Assembly: GCA_963806095.1 (NCBI GenBank)
Contig: CAWDWV010000002.1
Coordinates: 1,453,949-1,517,948, forward strand
From: Thermoanaerobaculia bacterium
GTDB lineage: Bacteria > Acidobacteriota > Thermoanaerobaculia > Multivoradales > JAIOJS01
DNA: 64,000 nt
Direction: 5' to 3'
Below the pieces are notes generated by a model. That model did no database searches. It had not been told where the DNA came from and saw nothing but the letters and a program-made list of their open reading frames with translations. Shown in pieces: positions 28,787 to 40,800 of this stretch. Both the position numbers and the translations under genes were made by a program. The stretch's first letter is position 1. Each line of letters starts with the position of its first letter.

Positions 28787-28910
28787 GAGGTTCGCGGCTA
28801 CTCAGGCGTGAACACCATTGAGGCGGCCAGGAGCGCGACCTCGGGAGATGTGAGACGAGAGCATCAGAAGAACGAAGCGGAGCAACCTTGGCACGGGACC
28901 GGAACTGACC

Positions 28911-30062
28911 TCAGTCCGCGTGCGAGCGCCGCAGCGGCATCTTCTCCGCCACGTCGCCCACCGGCGCCACCTGAATCCGATCTCGCCCGGTCTCCTTGGC
29001 GATGTACATCGCCATGTCGGCATGGCGCAGCAGCGAGCTCTTCGCCTCGGCGTGCGGCACGTCCGATGGGATGTGCCGCTGCAGGGTCGCTACGCCCACC
29101 GAGCAGGTGATGCCGCGGAGGTGCAGCGCCTCGGGGTGGATCTCGCCGGGGACCTCGCAGAAGGTGTGCTGGCCGATGCGTAGGCGGATGCGCTCCGCCA
29201 ACCCGACTGCCTCGTCCAGGGCGACGTCCGGCACTGCGAGCACGAACTCGTCGCCGCCGTAGCGGGCGATCAGCGCCTCCGGCAGTGCGACGGCTTCGAC
29301 GATCTCCTGGCCGACCTCGCGCAGGACCTGGCTGCCCGCGAGGTGGCCGTGGGTGTCGTTGACGCGTTTGAAGAAGTCGAGGTCCATGAACAGCACCGCC
29401 AGGTCGCTGCAGCGCTCGCGGCAGTCGGCGATGGCGCGCGACAGGCCCTGGTGCAGGTAGCGGTCGTTGTAGAGGCCGGTGAGGTTGTCGCGCTTGGCGA
29501 TCTCCTGGGCGTAGCGGGCGTCGAGCACGTTCTGGATCGAAACCGAGATGTAGCTGGCGAAGATCTCCAAGAGGTCGAGGTCGCGCGGGCTGTAGTCGGC
29601 CGCCCCCTGGCGGTTGATCAGCTCGAGCACGCCGCAGACCTCTTTCTCGATGCGGATGGGGATCGCCACCAGCGACTCGGTGCGGTAGTCGATGGCCTCG
29701 TCGACGCCGGGGTAGAAGCGCGGGTCGCTGGAGACGTCTGCCGAGAAGTAGGACTTGCCGGTCGAGTAGACGTGGCCGGCGATGCCGTTGGCGGCGGGAA
29801 CGGCGCGGCCGAGCAGGTCGCCGGAGCTCGAGCCGAACGCGGCGATGAAGAAGAGGTCGTTGTGCCGCCGCTCGGGCAGCTTGTCGATGGGATTGTCGAG
29901 CAGGATCGAGCCGGCCGCCGAGGGGACGAAGGCGTTGGCCTTGCGCAGGATCTCGATGAGGTTCTCCGCCAGGCTCATCTGCGGCGGCAGGTTGGGGGTC
30001 GCGCGCCGGCGGAGGAGGAAGCGCTCGAGCTCTTGTGGGTCCAGGCAGTGGACGTCGACCAT
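28911..30062 (-). CDS. GAF domain-containing diguanylate cyclase (GGDEF)
   Basis: 383-aa product starting at ATG 30062. GAF-like text 'AGSILLDN...GIAGHVYSTGKSYFSADVSSDPRF...SLVAIPIRIEKEVCGVLELINR'. GGDEF domain text 'RDNLTGLYNDRYL', 'FMDLDFFKRVNDTHGH', 'ARYGGDEFVLAV'. Confidence 0.9.
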   Translation of the reverse strand: MVDVHCLDPQELERFLLRRRATPNLPPQMSLAENLIEILRKANAFVPSAAGSILLDNPIDKLPERRHNDLFFIAAFGSSSGDLLGRAVPAANGIAGHVYSTGKSYFSADVSSDPRFYPGVDEAIDYRTESLVAIPIRIEKEVCGVLELINRQGAADYSPRDLDLLEIFASYISVSIQNVLDARYAQEIAKRDNLTGLYNDRYLHQGLSRAIADCRERCSDLAVLFMDLDFFKRVNDTHGHLAGSQVLREVGQEIVEAVALPEALIARYGGDEFVLAVPDVALDEAVGLAERIRLRIGQHTFCEVPGEIHPEALHLRGITCSVGVATLQRHIPSDVPHAEAKSSLLRHADMAMYIAKETGRDRIQVAPVGDVAEKMPLRRSHAD

Positions 30063-30145
30063 GCGTGAGGAACCGCAGCTAAACCGTGGCGTCGCAAGGC
30101 AAACGATAACAGAACGGGGGTGCGAAGCCGCGGGACGGGTCCGGG

Positions 30146-31960
30146 CTACCGCAATCGGCGGGCCAGGCGGCGCGAACGCTCGAGCAGCTCGCGCTGGAGC
30201 GAGTCGGTCGAGGCGAGGCGCGGCGCGTAGCGCAGGTAGTGCAGGTCGTCGACGAGGCGCACCAGCTCGCCGGCGAGCGCCGGCCCGAGACCGCGCTTGG
30301 CGAGCAGGCCGGCCCAGTGCGTCGGCGGCGCCTCCACCGGCAGGTCGTAGCGGGCGCCGAGGAAGCTGCGCCAGGCCTCTTCGGCCGCCCCCGCCGCCTG
30401 CCGCGGATGGGGCTCGCCGAGGGCGGCGGTGACCTCGGCCACCAGCTGGCGCCGGGCGGCGCGGTCGCGGCCGAACAGACGGGCGAGCAGGAGGCCGAGG
30501 CCGGCGAGCGCGAGGGCGCCGCCGGCGCCGCCCACCGCCCAACCGAGCGGACCACCCCAGCTCGCTGACCGCGCCGCGGCGGCCGGCGCCGGCGCCCCGG
30601 TCGGTCGTGCCGCCGCGGGCGGTGCCGGCGCCGCCGGCGTCGCCGCCAGCTTTTCGGCGGCCGTGCTCACCGTCCCGTAGGCGCCCTTGGCCGGGTCGAA
30701 GGTGACCCACGACAGCGCCGGCAGGCTCCACGCGCCGGCGCGCTCGGGGACCAGCGTCCAGCTCCAGCTGCGCGTCGACTCGAGGCGCGTGCCCTCGACC
30801 TTCTGCCGGCTCGACTCCTGCGGCGGCGAGATCTGCAGCCCCGGCAGCGGCGCCAGCTTGGGGTCGGGCAGGCCGCTGAGGTTGCCGTTGCCGCTGATCT
30901 CGGCGGTGAGGATGGCCGCCTCGCCCGCGGCCACCTTCGGCGGGTCGAGGCGGACGCGAGCCTGTAGCGGCCCGACCGCGCCGCCGAAGCCCGCGGGTGG
31001 CGGCGGCAGCGCCTGCACCGCCAGCTGCACGGGGTTGCTCTGGCGCCGCACGGCGCGGCGCAGCGGCTCCTCGCCGAAGCCGAAGCCCACCGGGCGGAAG
31101 TAGATGATCCGCAGGTCCGCCTCGGCGGCGTCGACCTCGTGCGCGCCGGGTTCGTAGGCGAACAGCGCGCGCTGCAGGATGGCCTGCCGCCACCAGAGCT
31201 TGCCGTCGAGCTCCACCATCTCGGCGCGGCCGTTCTCGGGGAGCTGCACCTCCTGCGACCAGAAGCCCTGGAACGCCGGCACGCGCCGCGGGAAGATGGT
31301 CTCGATCACGACGCGCCCCTCGCCGGGGGCACGACGTTCGGCGAGCAGGTAGAGGGTGTAGAGCAGCTGCTGGCCCGCCCACGGCCGCGCCGGCGAGACG
31401 TCGGCGCGCAGCAGGATCTGCGGCGGGCCGGTCGCCGCCGATGGGCGCCGGCGCGAGAAGATGTCGCGGAGCGGGCCGAAGGCGTCGAAGGGTGTGCCTG
31501 GGTGTCCCGGCCCGGCGCCGCGGCCGTTCTCGTCCACTCCCGGTGCCCCTGCGGCTCCCACCTCCTCGACCCAGGCTTCCTGGTCGGGCAGCGCCAGCTC
31601 GTCGTCGCCGCTCACCAGCCTGAGGGCATAGACGCGCGCCTTGCCGGGGCGCTGCGGCGACAAGTACCAGGTGAGGCCGTAGCTCTGCGACAGCTTGCCG
31701 TTGACCCAGCTCATGTTCTCCTGTCGCGACGGGCCGCCCACCACCTGGAAGTTCTCCAGCTCGAAGCGCGGCGGTGCGAAGCGGAAGGAGCCGAGGCCGG
31801 CGCGCGAGACCTCGAAGGTGAGCTGCGCGGTGTCGCCCACGGTGAGACGCTGCGGCGTGAGTGTCACCCGCACCGAGCCGGCGGCGACTGCGGCGCGCGG
31901 CAGCAGCGCGACGAGCAGCGCACAGACGAGGAGAGTGCCGGACCGGTTTCCGTCCCTCAC
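30146..31960 (-). CDS. batD: BatD-like oxygen-tolerance protein
   Basis: The GTG start overlaps the batC TAG. A signal peptide 'TLLVCALLVALLPRAAVAAG' is followed by a long beta-rich ectodomain ('VTLTPQRLTVGDTAQLTFEV', 'AILTAEISGNGNL'), a TM 'GGALALAGLGLLLARLF' and the helical tail 'LVDDLHYLRYAP'. The ORF is intact. Confidence 0.75.
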   Translation of the reverse strand: MRDGNRSGTLLVCALLVALLPRAAVAAGSVRVTLTPQRLTVGDTAQLTFEVSRAGLGSFRFAPPRFELENFQVVGGPSRQENMSWVNGKLSQSYGLTWYLSPQRPGKARVYALRLVSGDDELALPDQEAWVEEVGAAGAPGVDENGRGAGPGHPGTPFDAFGPLRDIFSRRRPSAATGPPQILLRADVSPARPWAGQQLLYTLYLLAERRAPGEGRVVIETIFPRRVPAFQGFWSQEVQLPENGRAEMVELDGKLWWRQAILQRALFAYEPGAHEVDAAEADLRIIYFRPVGFGFGEEPLRRAVRRQSNPVQLAVQALPPPPAGFGGAVGPLQARVRLDPPKVAAGEAAILTAEISGNGNLSGLPDPKLAPLPGLQISPPQESSRQKVEGTRLESTRSWSWTLVPERAGAWSLPALSWVTFDPAKGAYGTVSTAAEKLAATPAAPAPPAAARPTGAPAPAAAARSASWGGPLGWAVGGAGGALALAGLGLLLARLFGRDRAARRQLVAEVTAALGEPHPRQAAGAAEEAWRSFLGARYDLPVEAPPTHWAGLLAKRGLGPALAGELVRLVDDLHYLRYAPRLASTDSLQRELLERSRRLARRLR

Positions 31961-32736
31961 TACCAGTCCTTCTCCGTCACCGTCTGCGCCCGCCGGCGGC
32001 GCTGCTCGGCGGCTTGCGCGCGGCGCTGCTCGCGCTCGAGGTTCTCCACCGCCTCGAGGAGGAAGGCGGCCTGCTCGGCGCTCATGTCGCGCTGCGGGTT
32101 GAAGTTGGGCAGCCGCTGCGAGCGCTGTCCTTGGCTCGGCTGCTGAGCGCCCGGCTGCGGCTGCTGCGGTCGAGGTTGCTGTTGCTCGCCCTGCTCGCCC
32201 TCTCCCGGCTTGGGCTGGCGATCGCGGCGCCCGCTCTCTCCCTGGTTGCCGCCGCCGCCCTGCGGCTCCTGTTGCTGAGGTGGCGGCTGCTTGTCGAGCT
32301 CGCGCAACGCCAGCTCGAGGTTGTGCTTCGTCGGCCGATGGTCGGGCCGCAGCCGCAGCGCGGCGCGGTAGCTCTCGGCCGCGGCGGTGGCATCGCCGGC
32401 GGCGAGGTAGGCGTTGCCGAGGTTGTAGAGCGCGTCCGGTTGCAGCGAGCGCGCGGCAGGGTCCTTCGCCGCTGCCGCCGCCGCGCGCGCGAGCGGCTGC
32501 AGGGCCGCGCCCGGCGTGCCGGCGCCCAGCTTTCCGGTGCCGGCGTTGAACAGCGCGCGCGGCGTCTCTCCCTCGATCTCGAGCGCCTGCTCGAGGTGGC
32601 GGTCGGCGGCGGCGTAGTCGCGGCGCTGCCACTCCTCGATCGCCCGCGCCGTGCGCTCGCGCGGGTTGTGCAGCCACTGCGCCGGCAGCGACAGCGCACC
32701 GGCCGCGGCGAGCACCAGCAGCGGCGCGCCCCTCAC
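31960..32736 (-). CDS. batC: BatC-like TPR protein with Gln/Pro/Gly-rich tail
   Basis: A GTGA overlap links it to the batB stop. Signal anchor 'APLLVLAAAGALSLPA'. TPR-like text 'ALYNLGNAYLAAGDATAAAESYRAALRLRPD'. Low-complexity text 'QPPPQQQEPQGGGGNQGESG...QQQPRPQQPQPGAQQP'. Confidence 0.7.
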   Translation of the reverse strand: MRGAPLLVLAAAGALSLPAQWLHNPRERTARAIEEWQRRDYAAADRHLEQALEIEGETPRALFNAGTGKLGAGTPGAALQPLARAAAAAAKDPAARSLQPDALYNLGNAYLAAGDATAAAESYRAALRLRPDHRPTKHNLELALRELDKQPPPQQQEPQGGGGNQGESGRRDRQPKPGEGEQGEQQQPRPQQPQPGAQQPSQGQRSQRLPNFNPQRDMSAEQAAFLLEAVENLEREQRRAQAAEQRRRRAQTVTEKDW

Positions 32737-33758
32737 GCGGCCGCCTCCTGGCGCCGGAACGGCGACGTGGCGAGCGCCAGCAGCAGCGCCCCGACCGCGA
32801 CGCCGAGGAACCACTGGAAGCGCTCCTGCTGCTGGCGCAACGAGCTCGGTGCCCAGCGAGCGGGTGGCGAGGCGCGACACCGCATCGACGATGGGCGTCG
32901 CCGCGGCGACGGTCCTGCCGCGCTCGACGTAGACGCCGCCGGTCGTCTCGGCGACGCGGCGCAGCAGCGTCGGCTGCAGCCGGCTCAGCACCGGCTTGCC
33001 GTCCTCGTCGAGCTTGTAGCCGTCGCCGCCGCCGCGCGCAGCGGCAGCAGCGCGCCCTCGCGCGGTGCCGACGCCGATCGTGTGCACGATGACGCCCGAC
33101 TCCTTGATCAGCTTGCACCGCCGCGTCCCAGTCCTCGCCGTGGTCCTCGCCGTCGCTGAGCAGCACCACGACCCGCTGCGTCCCCGGCTCGGTGCGGGAA
33201 GAGCAGCAGCGCGCGGCCGAGCCCGTGCGAGAGGCGGCGTCCCGGGCGTCGGCAGCGAGGCCGGCGTCGAGCGAGTCGAGCATGAGGTCGACGACGGCGC
33301 GGTCGAGTGTCAGCGGCGCCAGCACCTCACCGTCTCCTTCGGTCTGCACCAGGCCGAGCCGATGCCCGGCAAGGCCGGCGACGAGGTCGCGCGCCAGCAG
33401 CTTCGCCGCCGTCGAGCGGTTGGGGTACACGTCGGGCGCCGTCATCGACAGCGAGGTGTCGACCACCAGCACGACGTCGACGCCGCGGCGCTCGACGCGC
33501 TCGGCGTGGGTGCCCCAGCGCGGCCGCGCCAGCGCCAGCGCGGTGGCGGCGACGGCGACGGCGAGCGAGTACTACGAGCAGCACGAGGCGCAGCGGCCGG
33601 TAGCCGGGGAGGAGCTTGTCCCACAGCCCCTTGCTCGCCCACGCACCGACGGCGCGCAGCCGCCGGCGCCACACCCACGCCGCGGCGGCGGCGGCGAGCG
33701 GCGCCAGCAGGGCGAGCCAGGCGAGCCGCGGGTCGGCGAGGGAGATCGCGTCGCTCAT
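32733..33758 (-). CDS. batB: BatB-like von Willebrand factor A (VWA) membrane protein; frameshifted
   Basis: An ATGA overlap links it to the batA stop. '[30 protein letters not shown]', the MIDAS motif 'VVDTSLSM', '[13 protein letters not shown]', 'HTIGVGT', and the C-terminal TM '[18 protein letters not shown]' (my translation). The pieces lie in three frames. Confidence 0.75.
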
Positions 33759-34753
33759 GGCTCGGCGGTGACTCCGGCGCCCGCCGCGAGCAGCGGCAGC
33801 AGCAGCAGCGCCAGCGCGCTCCAGGCGAGAGGCTGGAAGGCCTCCTCGTGGCGCACCATCTTGCGCACCTGCAGCGGCGTGCGCTCGAGGCGGTCGATGG
33901 CGGCGAAGATGTCGCGCAGCGCGGCCGGGTCCGAGGCGCGGAAGAAGCGGCCGCCGGTGCGCTGCGCGATGCGCTGCAGCAGGTCGACGTCGACGCGCAC
34001 GTTCCACGACACGCGGCGGACCTCGACCTCGCCGGTGTTGGGGTCGCGCACCGGCACGGGGATGATCACCGGGCCGTTCGCGGTGCCCACCGCCACGGTG
34101 TAGACCTTGATGCCGAGGCCGGCGCAGATGGCGGCGGCGGAGTCGGGGTCGATCTGCCCGGCGTTGTTGTCGCCGTCGGTGACCAGCACCACGAGGCGCG
34201 ACTTGGCCGGGCTGTCCTTGAGCCGCGCGGCGGCGTTGGCGAGCGCCAGGCCGATGGCGGTGCCGTCGGGGAGCGAGTGCAGCTGCAAGCCGTCGATGAG
34301 CGACTGCAGCATCTCGCGGTCGGTGGTGGGCGGCGACTTGGTGAGCGCGGCGCCGGCGAAGGCGACGAGGCCGATGCGGTCGCCCGGCCGGCCGCCGACG
34401 AAGTCGACGAGCACCTTCTTCGCCACCTCGAGCCGGTTCTTGGGCGCGAAGTCCTCGGCACCCATGCTGCCCGAGATGTCGAGCACGAGCTGGATGTCGA
34501 CGCCCTCGGTGCTGGTCTCCTCCCAGGCATAGCCGAGCTGCGGCCGCGCCAGGGCGACGACGAGCAATGCCAGCGCGGCGAGGCGGCAGTAGAAGGGGAG
34601 GTGGAGCCGCCAGGCGCCGCCGGCGACCGCCGGCAGGCGGCTGAAGGTGAGCGCGCCGGGCGCGCCGCTGCGGTGGTGGCGCCAGGCGAGCAGGGGCAGC
34701 AGGAGGAGGAGCAGCAGCCAGAGCGGATCGGCGAGACTCGGCACCGCTCTCAT
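33755..34753 (-). CDS. batA: BatA-like VWA membrane protein
   Basis: Intact 332-aa product. It has an N-terminal TM, the MIDAS motif 'LVLDISGSM', 'AFAGAALT', '[13 protein letters not shown]', 'IKVYTVAVG' and a C-terminal TM '[15 protein letters not shown]'. Confidence 0.85.
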   Translation of the reverse strand: MRAVPSLADPLWLLLLLLLPLLAWRHHRSGAPGALTFSRLPAVAGGAWRLHLPFYCRLAALALLVVALARPQLGYAWEETSTEGVDIQLVLDISGSMGAEDFAPKNRLEVAKKVLVDFVGGRPGDRIGLVAFAGAALTKSPPTTDREMLQSLIDGLQLHSLPDGTAIGLALANAAARLKDSPAKSRLVVLVTDGDNNAGQIDPDSAAAICAGLGIKVYTVAVGTANGPVIIPVPVRDPNTGEVEVRRVSWNVRVDVDLLQRIAQRTGGRFFRASDPAALRDIFAAIDRLERTPLQVRKMVRHEEAFQPLAWSALALLLLPLLAAGAGVTAEP

Positions 34754-34763
34754 GCCGCTTGCC

Positions 34764-35760
34764 TCACGCGGCGGCGCCGGCGTCGGCCGGCACCGGCTCC
34801 GGGACGAGCTCGCGTCCGACGTCCTCGCCGACCTGGCGGGCAGCGGCGAGCCGCTCGGCGGCCTCTTCGCGGCTCGCCGGGCGGCGCGCGAACTTGACCT
34901 CGTCGCAGCGGCGCAGCAGGTCGAGCAGCTGGCGGCGGGTCGTCGCCTCGAGCCGCCCGCGGCGCAGCTCGCGGTCGATCTCGGTGGTGGTGCGCTCGGC
35001 GGCGGGGAAGCCGAGCAGCGCCGCGAGCAGCTGGCGCAGCGCCAGCGAGATGCCGGTGTGGACTTGCTCGACCGAGGGCTCGCGCGGTGAGCGCCGCGAG
35101 GTCGCGCAAGAAGCGGGCGAGCGGCGGCAGCGGCGGCGCGGCCGGCGCTTCCGCGGCGATGCCGCGGCGGCGCCACAGCAGCAGTCCCGCGGCTGCCAGG
35201 CAGGCGAGCGCCAGCCCGCCGGCGGTCCACCAGAAGGCGTCGCCGAGCGGGCAGCGGTTGCGGCGGTGTCGGCGGCTGCGGCGTCGGCTGCCCTTCCGCC
35301 GGCAGCACCGAGCGCACCGTGAGCACCAGCGGCGGCGTGGTGAGCCGCAGCGGCTGGGGCGGCGACGGGTCCTCCTGCCGCAGGGGCGAGACGACGACGG
35401 GGATCGGCGGCAGCGTCACCTTGCCGGGCTTGAAGGCGGTGACCAGGAGCTCGAGCCGGTAGCGCGTCGGCGCGCCGGGCAGCGCCTGCGGCCGCTGGAC
35501 CGCCAGCACCTCGGCGCCGCCCCACTGCCGCAGCCGCGGGTCGATGGCGGGCGGAGCCCAGCGCTCGCCGGGCGGCAGCGTCACCTCGACCTCGACGCGC
35601 ACGCGGTCGCCGACGGTGATCTCGGCGGGCGAGAGTCGCGCCCGCACCGACGCGCCGGCCACCGCCGGATGCGCCGCCGCCGGCTGCGCCACCGGCGCGG
35701 CTGCCGCGCTCGCCGGCCCCAGGGCGACGACGAGCAGCAACGCCGAGACCGGCCGCGGAA

Positions 35761-35764
<4 letters not shown>
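34764..35764 (-). CDS. Membrane protein of Bat operons (BatD-like N-domain + DUF4381-like C-domain); frameshifted
   Basis: The GTG start at 35764 overlaps the DUF58 stop. Signal peptide '[20 protein letters not shown]'. '[26 protein letters not shown]'. After a shift comes '[36 protein letters not shown]...[14 protein letters not shown]'. Confidence 0.55.
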
Positions 35765-36690
<926 letters not shown>

Positions 36691-36708
36691 GAGATCGCGC
36701 CCGCTCGG

Positions 36709-37709
<1,001 letters not shown>

Positions 37710-37880
37710 GGCGGCGCGGCGCGCGGCTCCGCCCGGGCCTTAGCAAGTGCAGTGCCACGAACGGAATAGGCCCGATTCGTGGCGTTCTCGGCCGCCGGCT
37801 GTAGCGAGGAGCGGGCCCGGCGCCGGCCGCGACGCGATGCTGCGCCTTTTTGGCGCGCGAAAACTACGCGCTCCGGGACC

Positions 37881-40800
37881 TCACCTCACGTCCCGCCGCG
37901 TCACCTTCAGCGGCAGCTTGGCGACGAGGGTGCCGCGCGCCGCGGCCTGCTCGGCCACGACGACGTAGTCGCCGGGCAGCTCGGTCACGACGAACCTCGC
38001 CGTGAACGTGCCGTCGGGCGCCACTTGCGCCCGGGCCGCTTCGCGATCGCCGACCTTGATCACCACCGGCGCGTCGGGATCGGCCGCGAAGCGCTCGCCA
38101 CGCGCGGTGACCGTTTCGTTGCGCTCCGCTTTCGCGATGCCGGTCATGGTGTCGCGCGTCTCGAGGTGCAGGATCGGCGGACGTGGCCGATCGAGATCGA
38201 GCGGTTCCGGCGACACGATCACACCCTTGAGCACCGCGCCGTCGAGCACCAGCCCTCGAATCGGCAGCTTCTGCTCGCGCAGCTGGGCGGCGATGCGATT
38301 GCCGCCGAAGGTGCCCATCGTGGGGTCCACCGCGAACGGCATCGAGGGTGGCGTCGTCCGCCGGTCCGCGCCCCTCGTCACCAGGACCCCCGCGGACAGC
38401 TTGACGCTCTGCACCGTGAGGCCCGTCAACTGCACGTCCGTGATCTCACCCTGCGGCGACAGGACGTAGCGGCAGGTCGGACAGGTGCGACGGGCCTCGA
38501 ACGTGTCGAGCCGCTCGAACGACCCGGTCGTCGGGTCGACGACGAGCGGCTCGGGGCGCGGAATGGTGACCGGCGCCAGTTCCATCGCCGGGGTGCCGGC
38601 GCCGACCGCCGCCGCCGGCGTCACGCCGGTCAGGTTCACTCTCCACAGCCCGCGTCCGTACGTCGATACGACGACGTGCGTGTCGTCCTCGAAGAAGAAG
38701 GACGAGATCAGCGGCAGCATCTCGCTGCCGGTGAGCCGATGCCACGTCGCGCCGTGGTCGGTCGAACGCACGATGCCGCCCTGCACGGTGCCGACGAGGA
38801 TGTGCCGCCCATTCACCGGGCTGACCGCGATGGTGCTGACGGCGGTGAACTGACCGTCGCGGAACTCGATCGCGCCGCCGCGGGTGACCAGCCCCGTCAG
38901 CTCGTCGTCCGGCGTCCAGGTGAGACCGCTGTCGACGGACGTCTTCATCCGATCGTCCACGATGTCCGCCGCAATGAGAAAGCTCGGCTCCGTCGGGCTG
39001 ACGCCGAACACCGGGTACCACGCGAACTGCGTGGGAAAGATGCCGAGCGATCCGAAGCGGATACCGTCGGCGTCGGCCACCGTCGCCGGCACCGCTGCGA
39101 ACAGGTTGGTGATGCGCTTGAGCCCCAACTGCTGCAGGCCGTCCGTCGTCAATCCCGGACGCACGACGGCCTGATAGAGCGTCGGATCGGCAGTGGCGCC
39201 GGCGACCGTCGCCAGTCCCGCGACGGGCTCGGTGAGCGAGAACTTGGTCGTCCAGCTCGACCCCGTGGACCGTGTCATCTTGAAGACGCTGACCGTCGGC
39301 GCGCCGTCGCTTTCGACGGTGCGCTGAACGTAGCTCCCCTGGCGGAGGAAGATGGGGTTCCCCTCCGGCCCATCGTTCCGCGTGTCGTCGTCCGGCGGCA
39401 GGGGGAAGCCGTCGACGCGGGTGAAGTGCGGATCGGCAATGTAGTTCCCGCACCCGGCGCAAGCCACGAACGTGATCTTGTTGCCGCCGCCGTGGCTTAT
39501 CGCCTGCCGCGCGCCGCGCAGGAAGAATCCTTCACAACACCACACGCCTGGCCAGGTGCGGCCGCCGTCCGGCGACGCGTAGAGGTGGTTGTCCTGCGTC
39601 CCGTAGTAGAGGTCCAGGTGCGGCGCCGTGGCGGTGCCGGTCACGCCCACCAACTGCCCCATGACTTCGGTGATCTGCAGCGCGTGGTAGCCGCTGCGCG
39701 AGGCGCCCGCCTGCGTCCAAGTGGCGCCGTTGTCGGCAGTGACGTGGAGCCCCCCATCAGTCGCCAGCAGGATCGGCAGCCGCGCCGCGGAATCGAACCC
39801 GACGTCGGCGGGATCGGCGTGGTCGGTCGTCGGCAACGACCACGAGATGTTGCGGTCCGCGCCGGACGCCGCGGCGAAGGTGCCCTTGAGCAGCTGCACT
39901 CCGTCGCCGACCCAAAGATCGAAGCGCTGGGCCTCTCCGCCCGCCGCCACCGCGGCGCGCACGAAGCCCGGACGGCCCCACCTGCCGATGTCGTCGAGGA
40001 CGACGAGGCCGGGCGCCGCGGCGACCGTCGAGCCGTCGGGCGTGCCCTGATCCGCCCACTGCCAGGTCGAGCCGTTCCACCAGTTCGCGTACAGGTTGCC
40101 GTTGGCCCCGCGGACGAACGCGTGGATGATCTGTGCGTCGTTGAAGTAGGTGACCGCGGCAGGCGCGCTGGCGACCGTCGTCCCGGGTGGCGTGCCCTGA
40201 TCTGCCCACTGCCAGACCGAGCCGTTCCAGAAGTTCACGTAGAGCCGCCCGTTGGTGCCGCGCACGAAAGCGTAGATCCGCTGCGCGCCGTCGCGATAGG
40301 TGATCGTCCCCGGTACGTCGGCGACCGTGGTGCCCGGCGGGCGGCCCTGGTCGGCCCAGCGCCAGTTCCCGCCGTCCCAATAGTTGACGAAGAGGTTGCC
40401 GTTGACGCCGCGCACGAACGTGTAGATGCGCTGCGCGCCGTCCTGATAGGTGATGGCATCCGGCGAGCCGGTCATCGTCGTTCCCGGCGGCGTGCCCTGA
40501 TCCGCCCATCGCCACTGCGAGCCGTCCCAGTAGTTGACGAACAATCGTCCGTTCGAGCCGGCCGTGAACGCGTAGACGCGCCGCGTCCCGTCGTCGTAGC
40601 TGATGACGCTCGGGCGCCCGCTGGCTTGGGTGCCCGGAGGCGTGCCCTGGTTCCTCCAGGTCCACGCGCTGGTCGCCTCGCTCCACTCGTTCTTGGCGAG
40701 GCCGCCGGCGGAGGTGCGGGTGAAGCCCATCATGCGGTCGGGGAACGCGACCGCGGCTGGCGAATCGATCGCGGTGCTCCCCGGCGGCGTGCCCTGGTCG

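Noticed and set aside
25403-28910. Mobile-element hallmarks around the low-GC island: integrase, transposase, tRNA target, direct or inverted terminal repeats.
   Set aside because: I read both junctions (25403-25520 and 28787-28910) and found no repeats of 8 nt or longer shared between them. There is no recombinase-like ORF and no tRNA-like sequence. I therefore do not annotate a mobile_element feature and only note the compositional anomaly.
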